In this document: piece by piece, positions 23,969-37,190 of the stretch
Numbering within the stretch: the stretch's first letter is position 1
Layout: every line of letters starts with the position of its first letter
Assembly: GCA_964106645.2 (NCBI GenBank)
Contig: OZ067045.1
Length of the DNA stretch: 64,000 nucleotides
Source of the DNA: Podarcis pityusensis
Taxonomy: Eukaryota
Strand: one strand, 5' to 3'
The notes under the pieces: model-generated
The model's database searches: none
Seen by the model: the letters and a program-made list of their open reading frames with translations, nothing else
Told to the model about the DNA's origin: nothing
Translations under genes and position numbers: made by a program

Positions 23969-25773
23969 AGGTTTAAAACAAGCTACCTTCTCCTGTCCCA
24001 GGGGAGCATGGTTGGAAGAAATACAACTTTAACTCATTTATTCTGATAAAGGAAGCGTCTCACACATGGGCCAAAGCTTTCTCTTTTGACTGCCTATGAA
24101 GAACCTTTGCAGCAAAAGCTGCCTCCCACGGGCTCTCAAGGTCTACAACTGAAGCAGTCCCATGTTTTTAATCTGTCAGAACCATTGCAAGACAGAGACA
24201 GGCTCCACCTTGTGCTGATGCATCTCCCTTGGCTCAAGGAACCCATCTTCTTTTGCAGCTTTGGAACTGCAGTAAGATTAGCGGGTCTACGATGGAGCAG
24301 CCCGTCCTTAAGCTGCGCATGCTGGCTCCTTCACAACGTCCACAGTAGCCTCCAGATCCATTACTTTTAAACTTGTGCACCTTCCTGCCTGAAACTCTGA
24401 GTCAATCTCCAAGTTGGGTCAATATCCAAGAAGAGGCTGCTGCCTCTGCCACCCACAAATGTCCTCCCCACTTTCTCCCACCTGGTGCCCTCCATCAGCC
24501 GCAGCTGTGCACCTTCTCACAGCTCTTAGCTGCGATTCCTGAATTGTAGGCAGTTGGACTAGATGAGCCTTTGGGTTCCTTCCCGCTCTACAATTCTGTT
24601 TCATCCTGCACATGCACTGCCTTCTGTCTCCCAGCACTCTTTGTCTTGCACCCCCTTTTCTTCCTTTCCTACTCTCTCAATGCCTTTGGCCATAATGTTA
24701 CTTAACGACAAACGGTCATACCCTTTCCATTCATTGAGCTGCCCCACTCTTGCCAAAGACCCTATGCCAAGACCTTTGTCAGCAAAGCCTGCACTGCACT
24801 GAACAGTCCTAACACTTCACATTGCCTGCTCCTCTCGTTCAAAGGTCATGGTGGCCAAATGCTTCTGCCTACTTCCCCAGTTGCTGTCAACCAACAAACA
24901 CTGATATTTTGAGTTATATGGACAGGGACTACAGCAGTACTATTTCCCATACAACTGCTTGCTCACGATGGCTGTATTTTACCTAGTTCCAGACAGCGGT
25001 GAAGACACATGCACGCTGAGGGCTGCTGCCAGTCAAAGGAGGTAACACTGGACTAGATGGACCAACGGGTTGACTCAGTGTAAGGTGGAAGAGGCTACAG
25101 CTCAGAGATAGAGCACATGCTTTGCAGGAACAAATTTTCATTGCCCGAAACTCTGGTGAACGACTGCCATTTGTGGTAGACAATCAGTGGCAAAAGCCAC
25201 CATCATGTGCTCATAGCAGCAGCAGGAGGAGTTAGCAAAATGAAAATAAATAGCATGCTAGAGGTCACACTCAAGTAAGCATTTCATAGTGGGGAGTGGA
25301 ACTGAAACACAAGGATAGTTAAACAATGCAGTTCGGGGAACATTTGAGAGGAAAATAGGCAGACTTTGAAAAGACGTGCACATTTTTTTTTACTTTTTAA
25401 AATAAAGCACAGAGAAGTAAGCAATGCGGAGATGCAATGTAAGCAAAATTACTGGGGGGAAACTTGAGGATTCTTGGATGCCACTGAGAGGGTTAGATCA
25501 TCACAACAAATTGATGTATGTCAGACACTAAAGGATCTAATGGCTTCTTGATGGTACAAGCTGTTTGAGAAGCTGCCTTGGAAAGTGTGGACTCTTATTG
25601 TTAGAGATTATAATGCAGAGAATGGATGACCCGCTATCAGGGGTGCTGCAGCAGATGATCTCCTGCATCAGCAGGGACTGGATTCATTTACCTTTGTGGT
25701 CTCTTGCAACTATGATTCTGGTATAATGTGCCAAAATCTGTATGACCTTGAGATCTGCCCAAAGAGCACCCAC

Positions 25774-25899
25774 CATGGAATCCTGGAGCAGGTCCTCCAG
25801 GCGTGTCAGGCTGGTGTTGCAGTCACAAGAATACTTCCGTTTGATGGTATCTTGGAGGTTCTTCAAGTATGTCTCTGAATCACGGGCATCACTGAAGAA
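25774..25899 (-). CDS. MACF1: MACF1 exon (FFSDARDSE...LLQDSM)
   Basis: ttacag|TTC ... ATG|gtgggt; 126 nt. Confidence 0.96.
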
Positions 25900-26382
25900 C
25901 TGTAAAAGCACAAAAACGTTTCCCCTTTGTCAAAATACCAGCCAGAGGTTTCTTATTGCATGTTTTATGAAAGAGCGGAATTTACTTGAAAGACTGAAAA
26001 GAAAGCATCCATTCAACTTGCTCAAAGGCATTTTCATCATGAAAAAGGAAGGCCAGTAACCAGAGAAAACAGCCTCCTTTGGGTTATTTGATTAAAGACA
26101 TACCAGTATGGCTCATTTTGGACCTGTTTTCTAAAGAATGGAACATGATCAAGATAATTAACAAGTCTTGATCCTGATCCAATTCTGAGAAAACAAGCCC
26201 AAGATAAGTTATATTGATGCCTCTCTAATAAAGTAACTAAAAGGAGGACGTTTTCTCTAGTTGCTTGGCTTGGCCAGGAATTTGCACAGTCTGCAACCTC
26301 CATGCTGCTACCAAATCACACAAGCCAAGAGCTGATTTACTCTTCTATGTTTTTGTATTGTTATATTTGATCCTACTCTAAA

Positions 26383-26750
26383 GTATGTTTAGCCTGGGAA
26401 GGAGGAAACTGAGAGGAGATCAGATAGCCATCTTCAAATATCTAAAGGGTTGTCACATGGAAGGGGGAACATGCTTGTTTTCTCCTGCTCTGGAGGGTAG
26501 GACTCGAACAAGCGGCTTCAAATTACAAAAAGGGAGATTCTGACTAAACATAAAGAAAAAAATTCTGACAGTAAGAGCTGTTCGACAGTGGAACAGACTC
26601 CCATGAGAGGTGGTAGACTCTCCTTTCTTGGAGGTTTCTAAGCAGAGGTTGGATGACCATCTGTCATGGATGCTTTAGCTGATATTCCTGCATTGCAGGG
26701 GGTTGGACTACATGACCCTTGGGTCCCTTCCAACTCTAAGATTCTACTAT
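26383..26750 (+). mobile_element. CR1 LINE 3' fragment
   Basis: tttagcctgggaaggagg...tcttcaaatatctaaaggg...cagtggaacagactccc ORF2 tail and terminal cccttccaactctaagattcta. Confidence 0.88.
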
Positions 26751-27525
26751 CACTTGCGATGAATAGCGGGATATAAACCTTTTAACAATTAATAAGACAA
26801 GAGAAGAAATATGGTGGAAGCAGAAGTAGCGAGGGAAGAAGGGTAGTGTTCTCACTACCTGTTAGGCTGGGGTGGGGTTCTGTACTGCTCAGCAGCAGCA
26901 GCATTTGAGTATCTTCTGACTCATAATGTGTCAATATCTATCCTACAGTTACTCAAACATTTCCTCCTCTGAGAAAGAAGCTTAAGTTATGCTGCCTCAC
27001 TCTCGAGGAACTTAAGCATCCCTTTAAAATTCTGGTGGGTACAGGGTTTTGACCTTACCTTAGCATTACAAGGTCACGCAGGAGGTATGTGTGTTTTTCA
27101 TTCTAGTAAACATTCCTCCAGCACTCTGCAGCCTCCCTGGCTGTCCATACTTGCAGAATTGAAAAAAACCCATGGGAGGAGCTAATGCTATGGTGTCCTT
27201 TTCCTGGGTTTTAATGGAAGAGCAAACACCCAGGGAGGCTTCGAAGTGCAGACCACCAGAGAGATGTAGAATGACATAAAAGACATTCATACACATCCCT
27301 AAACTCACCTCTAAAGTAAGTTAAGTGTAAGAAAATCCCTGCACCCCATCCATGAAAATATCACAGATATTTCCTCTGCCATTTAATCATTTTTGAATGC
27401 CATTTCTTTTCTGATTAATTTATGGAGAATGGCTGGGGGGAAAAGTGGGAGAAATTTTCAACAGGGCATTAGTTTTGACTTCATGAGTTAACCGCTGATG
27501 CGCAGCCACAGGGAATTCCCTGTAC

Positions 27526-27621
27526 CTGAAAGTAAGCTGTGTTCTCCTTCACATGCTGATCCACACACAAGCACAACTGCTTGATCCACTGCCACTGAGT
27601 CTGCACTGCTGCACTGTATGC
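27526..27621 (-). CDS. MACF1: MACF1 exon ([12 protein letters not shown]...TAYFQ)
   Basis: tcacag|GCA ... CAG|gtacag; 96 nt. Confidence 0.96.
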
Positions 27622-27983
27622 CTGTGAAAAACCAAACAACAGACAAAAGAGCGTTTTTTGTACAATTGCATACAACAACTACATCCTGCTCAGACCTTTG
27701 CTGAATTTGTATCTGGTGTCACCAGTTTTATTCATGCCCATTGTAAGACCACCCTGTTTGGATGAAGGGTAGTCAAGAAATATTTTAAATAAAGTAAAAC
27801 TGGCCACGCAATCAAGGCTTATGGTCAGGAATACAAGAAGGGACAACTGGCTGTAACAAAAGGCTTCAAAACAGCTGTTTTCACAAGGCCCTCTTGTCGT
27901 GCCAGCTCACACAACGAGGTTTTAAGCTCTCTGCCTTGCTTACCAGGTAAAGCCTGCTCAGTGCACCAGCTCTGGGATGCTCA

Positions 27984-28320
27984 TGTTAGGATATTTCCGT
28001 TCCTCCTTAAAAAGGGAGCAGGCTGTTGTGAGTCACAAAGTCTGCGTACTTCCGGCTCACAGGAAGTTTCTCTTTTGTATATAGCTGTTGTTCTCTCTCT
28101 GTGCCTCTCAGGCAGTCATGTTTTTTTCTTTGTTCTGACCAACGCTGAATAAAGTTGTAAATATGCTCTCCTGAGTGCATCTTTCGTTGTGCGAACTCTG
28201 TGAAAGGGCGTGCACCAGTCCTTGGAATGTGGACAGCTGTTTCTGAGGCTTGTGTCGCTAATTGACTGATACTGTTCTACTGGAGATTGATGGATCGTCC
28301 GGAATCGACGTGGAGGAATG
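27984..28320 (+). mobile_element. LTR-like segment (3' end and TSD not resolved)
   Basis: Begins TGTTAGG; TATA-like 28078-28084 then AATAAA 28148-28153; CpG-richer than flanks. Confidence 0.4.
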
Positions 28321-28696
28321 ATGGCCTTTGTCTCCCTGGCAGTATCCCAGCAGCTCTCACCCAATCCCATAGGGCTGGCTGAATTCCCACAAGATCGCAT
28401 GCAACAATACCCAAGGTTCCAGAGTTGGCATGACAAGAGGGCCTTGCCCAGTAAGCAAGGCAGAGAGGTGAAAAGCTCTTTTTAAGCCAGGAAAACCTTG
28501 TGTGCATTTAATCTGTGCAATTTCAACCAGCCAGCCTTCAACCATGGAAGGTTGAAAAGGCACAAATAAATGTGCGGAAGATGCAGTCGTACTGAAATAC
28601 ATCAAGGTATCCTATGCAGTTGTCTTGCATAACACACTTGTTAAAGTGCTCACAATCACAACTCCAAAGCATGCCCCCCTCCAAGCTATCTCTTAC

Positions 28697-28801
28697 CTCC
28701 ACAGTCTGCTTGGCTGGGTGATTCTCCAATGACAGTATCTCAGCTGTGTCTTGCAGGGAGCGAAACACATCCTGTTTCTCCTCTAGCTCCATTGTGAGCT
28801 C
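28697..28801 (-). CDS. MACF1: MACF1 exon (ELTMELEEKQ...HPAKQTVE)
   Basis: atgcag|GAG ... GAG|gtaaga; 105 nt. Confidence 0.96.
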
Positions 28802-29837
28802 CTGCATAGCAGAAACACAAAGAGGACCAATAACATTCCCTATAGCAAAATCAAATAATAGGTTTGCCTCTCTGTTGGTAGGCATCACAGGAAGAGTGGC
28901 AGGAGGCACGCAGACGTGCCGCAGTATTGGAAACTTTAGCCATGAAACTTCACAGCAGGAAAAGGAAACTTGTGGCTCTCCAGATGTTGCTGGACTACAA
29001 CGTCCATCAGCCATTGGTCAGGGATAATGTAATCTGTAGATCAGCCATAGGCTGGCCACAGCTGTTTTACAGCCCCACTGCCTGCAAGAACTCTGAGCAT
29101 TGAGAGCAATTCGCATCTGGGCAAGAATAGAAAATTTGGGTGTGGGAAAACCAAGGTTTAAATCTGTTCTCGACCATGAAGGGGATCATCAACTCAAGGT
29201 GATTGAAGCTTCTTACCATTAAAGCCTTAAATGACTGGGAGGCTGGTTATTTTACGGAGCAATAGCCTGCTGAGCCCCAGTACTTGCATCCAAGCTAAGA
29301 CTTCCTCTTTATGAAAGCCTTTGGGCTTGATTTAGTTATTTTTTGAGTGTGGGGGTTGCTTCTCAATGGGGTTGTTGATACTACTACTATTAATTCACGG
29401 TGAACAGCATTTTTGTTGATAACACCCCACCCCACCAATTTTTACTATAAGCTGCTTTGGTTCAAACATATAAGCAAAGTTGGATATAAAATTTTAAGGT
29501 AAAATAAAGTTGAAAACTGACGAAACTCACTGGCACTATGGGTGATAGTCAATTATTCTTTTTACCCAGAGCAGACCTACTAAAATTAATGTACTCATTC
29601 ATGTTCATTCATTTCAATGGGTCTACTCTGAGAAAAACTTAGTTGAATATCACCCAGCAACTTGTCCAGGGAATTTCAAAAGGAAGCACAAGCAAAATAA
29701 GGCACTTCTGAGAAAACAAACTGAAACCTGTAAGTTTTCCTGAACACAGAGCTTAACTGAGAAATGTGGAACTCCAGAATACAGAACACCATAGAGGCAC
29801 TGCAAACACTTGGCCACATCCAGCCCCTCCTACTCAC

Positions 29838-29999
29838 CGAGAAATAATTCTTCTTGGCAGCCATATTGGGATTATTGTCACTCCAGTCATACGCCAGCTC
29901 CTCTTCTTCCTTCTCGTTGAGCCAAATTAGCTCAGTTGTCGCTCGAGACACAAACCCATACAAACTCTGGAGGTGGTGTAGTCGGAAGCTGGAGGTTTC
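29838..29999 (-). CDS. MACF1: MACF1 exon (ETSSFRL...LAYDWSDNN...NYFS)
   Basis: ttgcag|GAA ... TCG|gtgagt; 162 nt. Confidence 0.96.
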
Positions 30000-30873
30000 C
30001 TGCAAAAAGACAACATACTTTGATACATTTCCTGCCACTCTAGGGATTGTCTGCTTGAGGGCCTCCCAAAGGCTTCTGGCTGGCCACAGTGAGGACAGGA
30101 TTTTGGACTGCAGGACCCCCTTTGGCCTGAACCAGCAGCCGGGCTCTTCTGATGCTGACCACCCTCCTTCCCAGATGCCTTGTCAGAAATCCCCACATTG
30201 TCAAGTTATTCTTCAAACCTTTTTTTACATGCTCTCCTATTACATTTTAGGGTTAGTAGGAAACACCCATGAGTCCCTTTTCCATTGCAGAGGCACCAGG
30301 TCCTCATTGCAAACAATGGCTACTGATACACATGTGCTGGGGTCCACCTTCTCTGTTTTAAAAACCAAACCACCTGTGCAACTATATCACATGAGAGAAG
30401 CATAATGCACCATTTCTGAAGTAATATTTAAAATGCACAAACAAAAGAAGATCGTAGCATAGGGAGGATGGGGAAGAGTCACATTCCGTTATATTAAAAA
30501 TTGATGGTTCTAAGTCAGTTCTGCTTTTTAAGGAGCAAATCATTTATCTGCTGGCAGCTGCTAGGATAGAAATAGTCAAACATCGGGAAAAGGCACTGTT
30601 AACCGATTTGTGGTTTGAGAGGGTGGGGTGGGGTGGCACTGGTTGATAAACCTACCTGTTCTGCATGTGTGGTCGGAAGATTTGGAAATGTGGACAACTT
30701 TCATGCAATCTGGTATGCATTTATTGCATACATAAATGAGCCAGAGCCAGAGCATGGACCACAACAAATGCATGGAAGACTCTGATCTGATGAAAAGGAA
30801 AAGGCGCTGGGGCGGCTGCACCCTGTGGGGTAACCCACAGCACTATTGTAGCCTAGTATATTAATAATTAGAT

Positions 30874-31792
30874 TAGAGAGATCTGGGACATAATATCCAA
30901 ATGAGTGACTGGGAAAAGCTTTGGAAAGTGGATTTGAAATTTACTGCATGTACAACACTGAAAGAGAACTATATGAAAATGATGTATCGTTGGTACATAA
31001 CACCGGTAAAACTTGCAAAAATGTATAGAACAAGTTCTAATGTGTTGGAAATGTAAAGAAAAAGAGGGTGCTTATGTGGTGGGAGTGTAAAATGGCTAAA
31101 ATTACTGGGAAATGATATATAATGAACTGAAGAAAATGTTTAAAATGACTTTTACCAAAAAGCCAGAAGCGTTTTTACTAGGAATAACAGAAAATAAAAT
31201 CCCAAAGGAAAAGAAAAAACTGTTTATGTACACGACAGCAGCAGCCCGGATCTTACTAGCCCAAAGGTGGAAGGAAGATAAGATACCAACAATGGAAGAA
31301 TGGCAATTGAAAATAATGGACTATGCAGAAATGGCAAAACTTACAGAAAAGCTCAGAGACAACACTGAGAAATTTAAAAAAGAATGGGAGGCATTTATTG
31401 TATATGTACAAAAATATTGTAAACAAGTAGAAACATTGGCAGGCTTTGACTAAACACTTGCAAGTAGTTAAAATAAGATAAAGTTTATGGAAGGAAATTT
31501 GAACTGGAACAATAAAAACTGATGGTATGTAATTAGGATAAAATAAAAAGGACAAGAAAAAAGATGTTTAAGTATAATTATGCAGAAAATATATATATTC
31601 CATGAACCAGGAAAGGAAATGGAGGGATGTCAGGAGGTTAAAGAGAACCTCCGAAAATATTTTTTGTTTTTTTGTTTTAGTTCTTATACTTCATGTTGGA
31701 TATTTTGTATTTCTCATTCTTTTTTGATGGAAAATTATTGTTGAAGTTGAAACAATGAAACCAACAAAAAATTATTTACAAAAAAAGAAAAG
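30874..31792 (+). mobile_element. 5'-truncated L1-clade LINE (ORF2 C-terminus, 3'UTR, A-rich tail)
   Basis: Frameshifted Cys-rich CWKC...MWWEC, then ...AARILLAQRWKEDKIPTMEEW (ORF 31112-31453); A-tail; candidate TSD AATTAGAT at 30866-30873 and 31793-31800. Confidence 0.88.
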
Positions 31793-31905
31793 AATTAGAT
31801 GGGCTTTCTTGTGTTGTACCAGAGCAAACTGCATGTGTGACTGCAGGTTGCTTCCAAGAGGCCCCATTTTTGTTGTTATTATATTGGCATGCTACTTTGT
31901 CTTTT

Positions 31906-31969
31906 GGAGGAGGAGGAGGAGGAGGAGGAGGAGGAGGAGGAGGAGAAGAAGAAGAAGAAGAAGAAGAGG
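31906..31969. repeat. (GGA)n(GAA)n purine microsatellite
   Basis: Seen directly. Confidence 0.95.
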
Positions 31970-32651
31970 AAATGTGTCTGAACTGATAGCCCTGGCAGCA
32001 GCATGACTTATCTGCTCTCTAACACAGTCATTACTGTTATTGTACCAGGGAGTGGGGACAGTATGATATTTCCCAAGGAACAAAGCAGAGGGAGAGACAG
32101 AAATGCCAGGTCTCTCCACTGGATCAACTTTAGGGTCCCCATATTGCTGAACTCTTGCCATTCCAGCTGGTCATTACAACAACTCTGTAACTAAGAAGTT
32201 GTGCTTTTGCTATTTTTCCTCATTCTTCCCAATCCCCTTTCCTTTTGTGTTACAAATCTGAGGGCAGGAACTGACTTCATATTGATATAAGCCTTTCTTT
32301 TCTTTTGGGGAGGAGTGGCAGCGGGGTAAAGAACAGGAGAAAAATGCTTTAACTAAATCAATGAAAAGACTGCATAGCAAGTGCTTCTTAAAGGAGACAT
32401 TCTCATTCTTCTGCCACAGAAGCACTCCTTGAAGATGTGCGGTAGATTGTGAACCACAAAACAAGGAACAGACAAACCTTTATTTAAAAGAGATTGCACA
32501 GAAAGGGTTTTAGACACACAGGCAAAAATTTTAAGCCTCCATGAATAAAGTTGCAATTTACAGCTTTGAGGGGCTTCCAACAACCTGTGAACTTGAATGA
32601 GGTTCCCTGACACTTTGCTGGCTACAGGAATCAACCCAAAATACAACTCAC

Positions 32652-32729
32652 CATCAGTTTGCAGTACTGAGTCTCCAGCTTCCCCAGTGTCTCCGTGTAA
32701 CTAGTGTGGAAATTCTGAGACATTTTACC
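32652..32729 (-). CDS. MACF1: MACF1 exon (GKMSQNFHTSYTETLGKLETQYCKLM)
   Basis: ttaaag|GGT (AAG acceptor) ... ATG|gtgagt; 78 nt. Confidence 0.94.
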
Positions 32730-33825
32730 CTTTAAAAAACAGGAGGAAGAGAAAACAAAGAGCATCAGAAGCAGCTCAAAAGTTACACGCCTAACTAGAA
32801 ATGCACAGAGAGCTGGAGGTCCTATTGAAATTCTCTCGTCTCTTCCTTATCTCTCCACTTTCCCAAATCTTGCATGCATCATAAAATATAGAATCATAGA
32901 ATTGCAGAGTTGTAAGGGACCCCAAGGATCATCTAGTCTAACCCCGTGCAGTGCAGGAATCACAGCTAATAATCCCTGGCAGATGGCCTGTTGAAAGCAG
33001 CACAATGAAGTCTGAGCACAGCAAACTTCTGTGTGTCCCTTTTAGCCACAGAACTTATTCCCAATCCTCCTCAGGGCCCATTTTCACACTATCAAAATCC
33101 TCCACACACACACAGACTGTCCGAAGATGTGTTTCCCCCTTGGAGCAGTGGTAGCCTAATGTCCCTGGACTACAACTCCTATAATTCGTGAACATTAGTC
33201 ATGTTTGCTGGGGCTGATGAGACCTGGAGTCCAACGAATTCTGGAGTGCACTACTTTGGCAACCTCTGCCTTAGAATGTATTTTATCCCTAGAGAAACAC
33301 ACCCCAGAGGCCCCAATCCAGCAACAACTGCATGAGATCTCCTCTCGGGAACATGAACTTAGTGGGGCAGAAAAGGATACTCAAGCTAACAAAAGAAATC
33401 CTGGCTGTCTCTCTAATTCTACAGATTTATATTTTTGCTTCTCCAAAACCAAGTGTAAATAGCTTGCATATAAAGGCCCCCAGGCCACCGTCCCCATAAA
33501 GTTGGTGACCAGCTCCAGATGTTTTGAGCTGTAACTCCAACCATCCCAACCATCATGTTTGTGGTGGGAGTTGACATCCAAAGCATTTGGAGCTGAGTGC
33601 AAGCTAGAGAGGAAAGGCTACTCTAAAGCAACCCCTTCCTGCAGCAGGAGGATCGTCTCCTCCAAGCGAAAATCAGCTCCTCCTCCAGTTCTTTCCTCCC
33701 ACATTATGTTCTCCAACACTTTTCTTGTCTTCTTTGAAGATGCTGTGGAACCTCCATGCCTTTCTTGATGTGAGCTAAACCAGTCCTGCCGCTCTTCACA
33801 CCCCATCCCAGGAGTCCCTGCTTAC

Positions 33826-33954
33826 CTCATACATCCTGGCCTCTTTCACACTGGAGCCTAGGTCTTCCACACTGCTGTGGACATGGCGCTGGACTTCCAG
33901 TTGGGATTCTACACTTGGCAAGTCGCTCCCCCATTCAGCCCGCTCCAGCTTCAT
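33826..33954 (-). CDS. MACF1: MACF1 exon, plakin domain (MKLERAEWGSDLPSVE...ARMYE)
   Basis: tttcag|ATG ... GAG|gtaagc; 129 nt. Confidence 0.96.
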
Positions 33955-34782
33955 CTGAAACCAGCACAGAAGAGGCAACCTGTCAGCATTTCCCAGCTGA
34001 ATTGTGGGCAAAAACAACAGCAGCTAACCCTTGCTTGCTGCAACCCAATTATTAAGAGGTAGAAAGCATCACACTCCTACCATGTCATGCCATTCTTCTG
34101 GAAACTGTTGGCAATCAAGAAATTCACCAAGGTGAACTGGGCTACTAGCCCAAAGGTTAATACCCAAAAGGACTTTATTCTGCCCTCACAGTTGAAAGGG
34201 AGGATGAGTGCTGTTGAATGTTGGTCCTGCTTGCAAGCTTCTCAGAGGATTGGCCACTGTGAGAACTGGATGCTGGACTGGACAGATGTTTGGCCTTATT
34301 CCAGCAGGGTTCTTCTCATGGGGCTTCTTTTAAAATATGTAACTTAAGGACAGCTTCCTTTTCTATGTCCCATTAAAAGAAACTGGGCATATGCAGTTAA
34401 CTAAGTCAACTTTGGACCGACCTCTCAAGGACATTCAGAGAGTCATTCGTGTAAGCTGCTCAAGAACATTAGCCAGGGCATAATTTAAAGCCAGTTTAAG
34501 ACTTCCCTAGTCATTCCCAAGGAATTGTCTGATGGAGGATTTAAAAGTTATAGTACATTTCATCCTGCTAAACCAGTACCGGCCAATGGGAAATGCAGTC
34601 CAAAACACCTAGGCAATGTCAGGTTGGCAAAAGGCAGTGTAAACCAGGCCCCCTTAAACAATAAAGTGATTTAAAGAATGAGTATTAAGTGATCACACCA
34701 AGCATTTGAAAAGGTCATCAGTTCTGCCCACACAAACACCTCATCACCTGAATTATGTTTTGTTTAACATTAAACAACACAC

Positions 34783-35080
34783 CTGCATCTCTTCCACCCA
34801 AGAGAGCAACTCGTACACAAACCGGAGGTTGCCCTCATCTTCGGAGGACGAAATGGCCACCAGCTCTGCACGGGTCATTGGCTTCCGGAACCAGGAGGTA
34901 GAGGCAGTGGTGGCTGTTGTGTGCGTTCCCTTCAGCAAGGGCTCAGCCTTAAGGTGCCTGGTGCTCAGGGAGGAAGGCTGGACAAAGTCCAAGGAAGAGG
35001 GAGAGGAGAAGTGCCCCTTCCGATAGAGGTTAGTGCATTCCAGCCTCAATGTCACCAGTTCGTCCTGAAGCCTCACAATC
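34783..35080 (-). CDS. MACF1: MACF1 exon (IVRLQDELVTLRLEC...LLSWVEEMQ)
   Basis: tcccag|G ... CAG|gtgtgt; 298 nt. Confidence 0.96.
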
Positions 35081-35475
35081 CTGGGAGAGAAATCAAGCGA
35101 GAGGGGGCAGAATGGAGAATGTCGATGAGGTTGTGGGATCACAAGGTCATTCTCCAACCAGGGCAGGTTCCTGCACACACGAGCCAGACACACCCACCAT
35201 CACCACCCCATTTCTGCACACTTCCTCAGGATGGGGTAAGAGCTTTTGAAAGATGACCCAACATATTAATCTCTTCTGCTCCCCCTGCCCGAAATAAGGT
35301 GTTTCCCCAAGACATTTTTGGCTTAAATTTGCCAAACTCGTTCCACCACCACCAGGACTGCATTAACAGTGCATGTCATCTATCAGAACATTCTTGTTCA
35401 CCAAATGCTCCTTCTGAGCCCAGCTGACTATAACCCACACCCTCATTCCTTGGCTCCACACATGAAACGCCTTAC

Positions 35476-35630
35476 TTGAAGACCAGCTCCTCCAGCTGGT
35501 AGTAATTCTCGTCCCGGAGTATCTGAACATCCACCTGTAGTTGGCGGATGAGCCCTTCACACTCCTGGAGGTACATGACGACGTCAGATTCATATTGCAC
35601 CAACTGGCCCGACTCCAGGTGTGCTTCATC
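35476..35630 (-). CDS. MACF1: MACF1 exon (DEAHLESGQ...QLEELVFK)
   Basis: tgccag|GAT ... AA|gtaagg; 155 nt. Confidence 0.96.
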
Positions 35631-36403
35631 CTGGCAGAAGAGGATTTGAGGTTATTACAGAGTTTCTCACTTTGAAGTGTATTTCTAGGACAAGCAGATC
35701 TGACTAACGTGCAGAAGCTCATATTTTAAAAGCAAATAAATAGCCATCACTTGCAAGTCCCACTGAGCTGAGCTGACATGATGCTGTGGAATATTCATGA
35801 ACATTCTAGTTTATCCTTAAGATGTCAAGTAATACAATGTTGGCCAAAAGTACTACATCTGCGCAGGGAATGAAAATCTAGTTTGGCTGCACTTGAAAGG
35901 GAGCTAGAAATGAGAGCAAGTTTCATGTCTGAAGTGGGCAGAAGGGCAAGGAGCACTTCAGATATTGGAGGTAATGAGGCTGGTGGGTAGGATGCTGAGT
36001 GAGCAAAAGGCAAAAACACAGAGGCTGGAGGAAGAATGGTAGAGGAGCAAGGCTTGTGGGAAGGATGGAGGCAGGAAGGAGAGGCCTAAGGAAAGACCAA
36101 GGAATACATCACCCAGCTCCGACAGATAAGAGAGCTGTGTGTTCCTGATAGCAAGGGGGGATAATAGACAAGTGAGGAAGCTTTGAGAACTGGAGGCAGT
36201 GTTAAATCCAACATATTAAACTCTTCTAGCCAGCCAAACCTTTGGTTCTATATGTGCATTTTCCTAGTTAGAGAATCTACAAGTTTTGCTGCTGATTGAA
36301 AGCTGAGAGGTCTTGACTGCCTTCATTTGTCATGTTGAGACCCTGCAGGAGTGGATCTGAGAGAAGATCAGGGAGAGCTGAATAACAGAAGGGAAAGACT
36401 CAC

Positions 36404-36497
36404 AGCTTGCAGCGTGTTCCTTGCCAGGGTGAGTTTCTCTTCGCAGCTGAGAGTCCCATTCTGGATTTTGTTTGCAATCTGTAGCAGCAGCTCCAAC
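36404..36497 (-). CDS. MACF1: MACF1 exon (LELLLQIANK...NTLQA)
   Basis: ctgcag|G ... GCT|gtgagt; 94 nt. Confidence 0.96.
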
Positions 36498-36732
36498 CTG
36501 CAGGAAGAGTGTCAGTCACCAGAATTAAAACAGAAAGCCAGAAAAAAAAAGACTTTTAAAAGTGGAATATTTATTCATTAGAATTTATGTTTTATATACC
36601 ATTGATTATGACATCTGTTTAATTGTTTTTAATGCTACTTTCTACATCACAAAGGGCTTCACAATAGTTGTCATTGCCAGCTGGCAGGGAAAGGGTGTTC
36701 TTAGTCATCCCGTTCAACAGTTCACCACCTAC

Positions 36733-36860
36733 CTTTCCACGGCTGGCCGCAGCAACTTCTCACGTTCCAGCATTTCTATGATGAGCTTGCCCCATTCTTC
36801 CTCCACGTCATTGGGGTGATAGCCCTGCGGCAGCTTAAGGCGCCCAAATTCAATCCAGGT
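36733..36860 (-). CDS. MACF1: MACF1 exon ([23 protein letters not shown]...AVER)
   Basis: ttccag|ACC ... AG|gtaggt; 128 nt. Confidence 0.96.
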
Positions 36861-36953
36861 CTGGAAAGCACAAATGAAGAGAAATTGTTTCTTCAGGCCC
36901 AGAGACTGGCCTTTGTGGACTCACTCTACCCGTGCCCAGGTACAAGCCAAGAT

Positions 36954-37190
36954 GAGAGCCAACTTGGTACAGTGTAGTGGTTAGAGTGATGGACTATCAG
37001 GGAGGCTCAACTTCAAATCCCCACTCAGTCACAAAGCTCACACTGGATGAGCTTGGGCAAGTCTATGCCTCTCATTTTAATCTACCACAGTTGTGAGGAT
37101 AAAATGGGGAGTGGGGAGGGGAGAACCGTATATGCCACCCTGAGCCCCTTGGTGAAAAAGGAGGAATATTAATGTAATAAATAAAATAAA
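36954..37190 (+). mobile_element. tRNA-derived CORE/MIR-like SINE with L2-type tail (Squam3-like)
   Basis: gagagcc...gtgtagtggttagagtg...ttcaaatcccc...cttgggcaagtc...ataaataaa. Confidence 0.7.

Noticed and set aside
31112-31453. 113-aa ORF as a host gene
   Set aside because: L1 ORF2 C-terminal remnant
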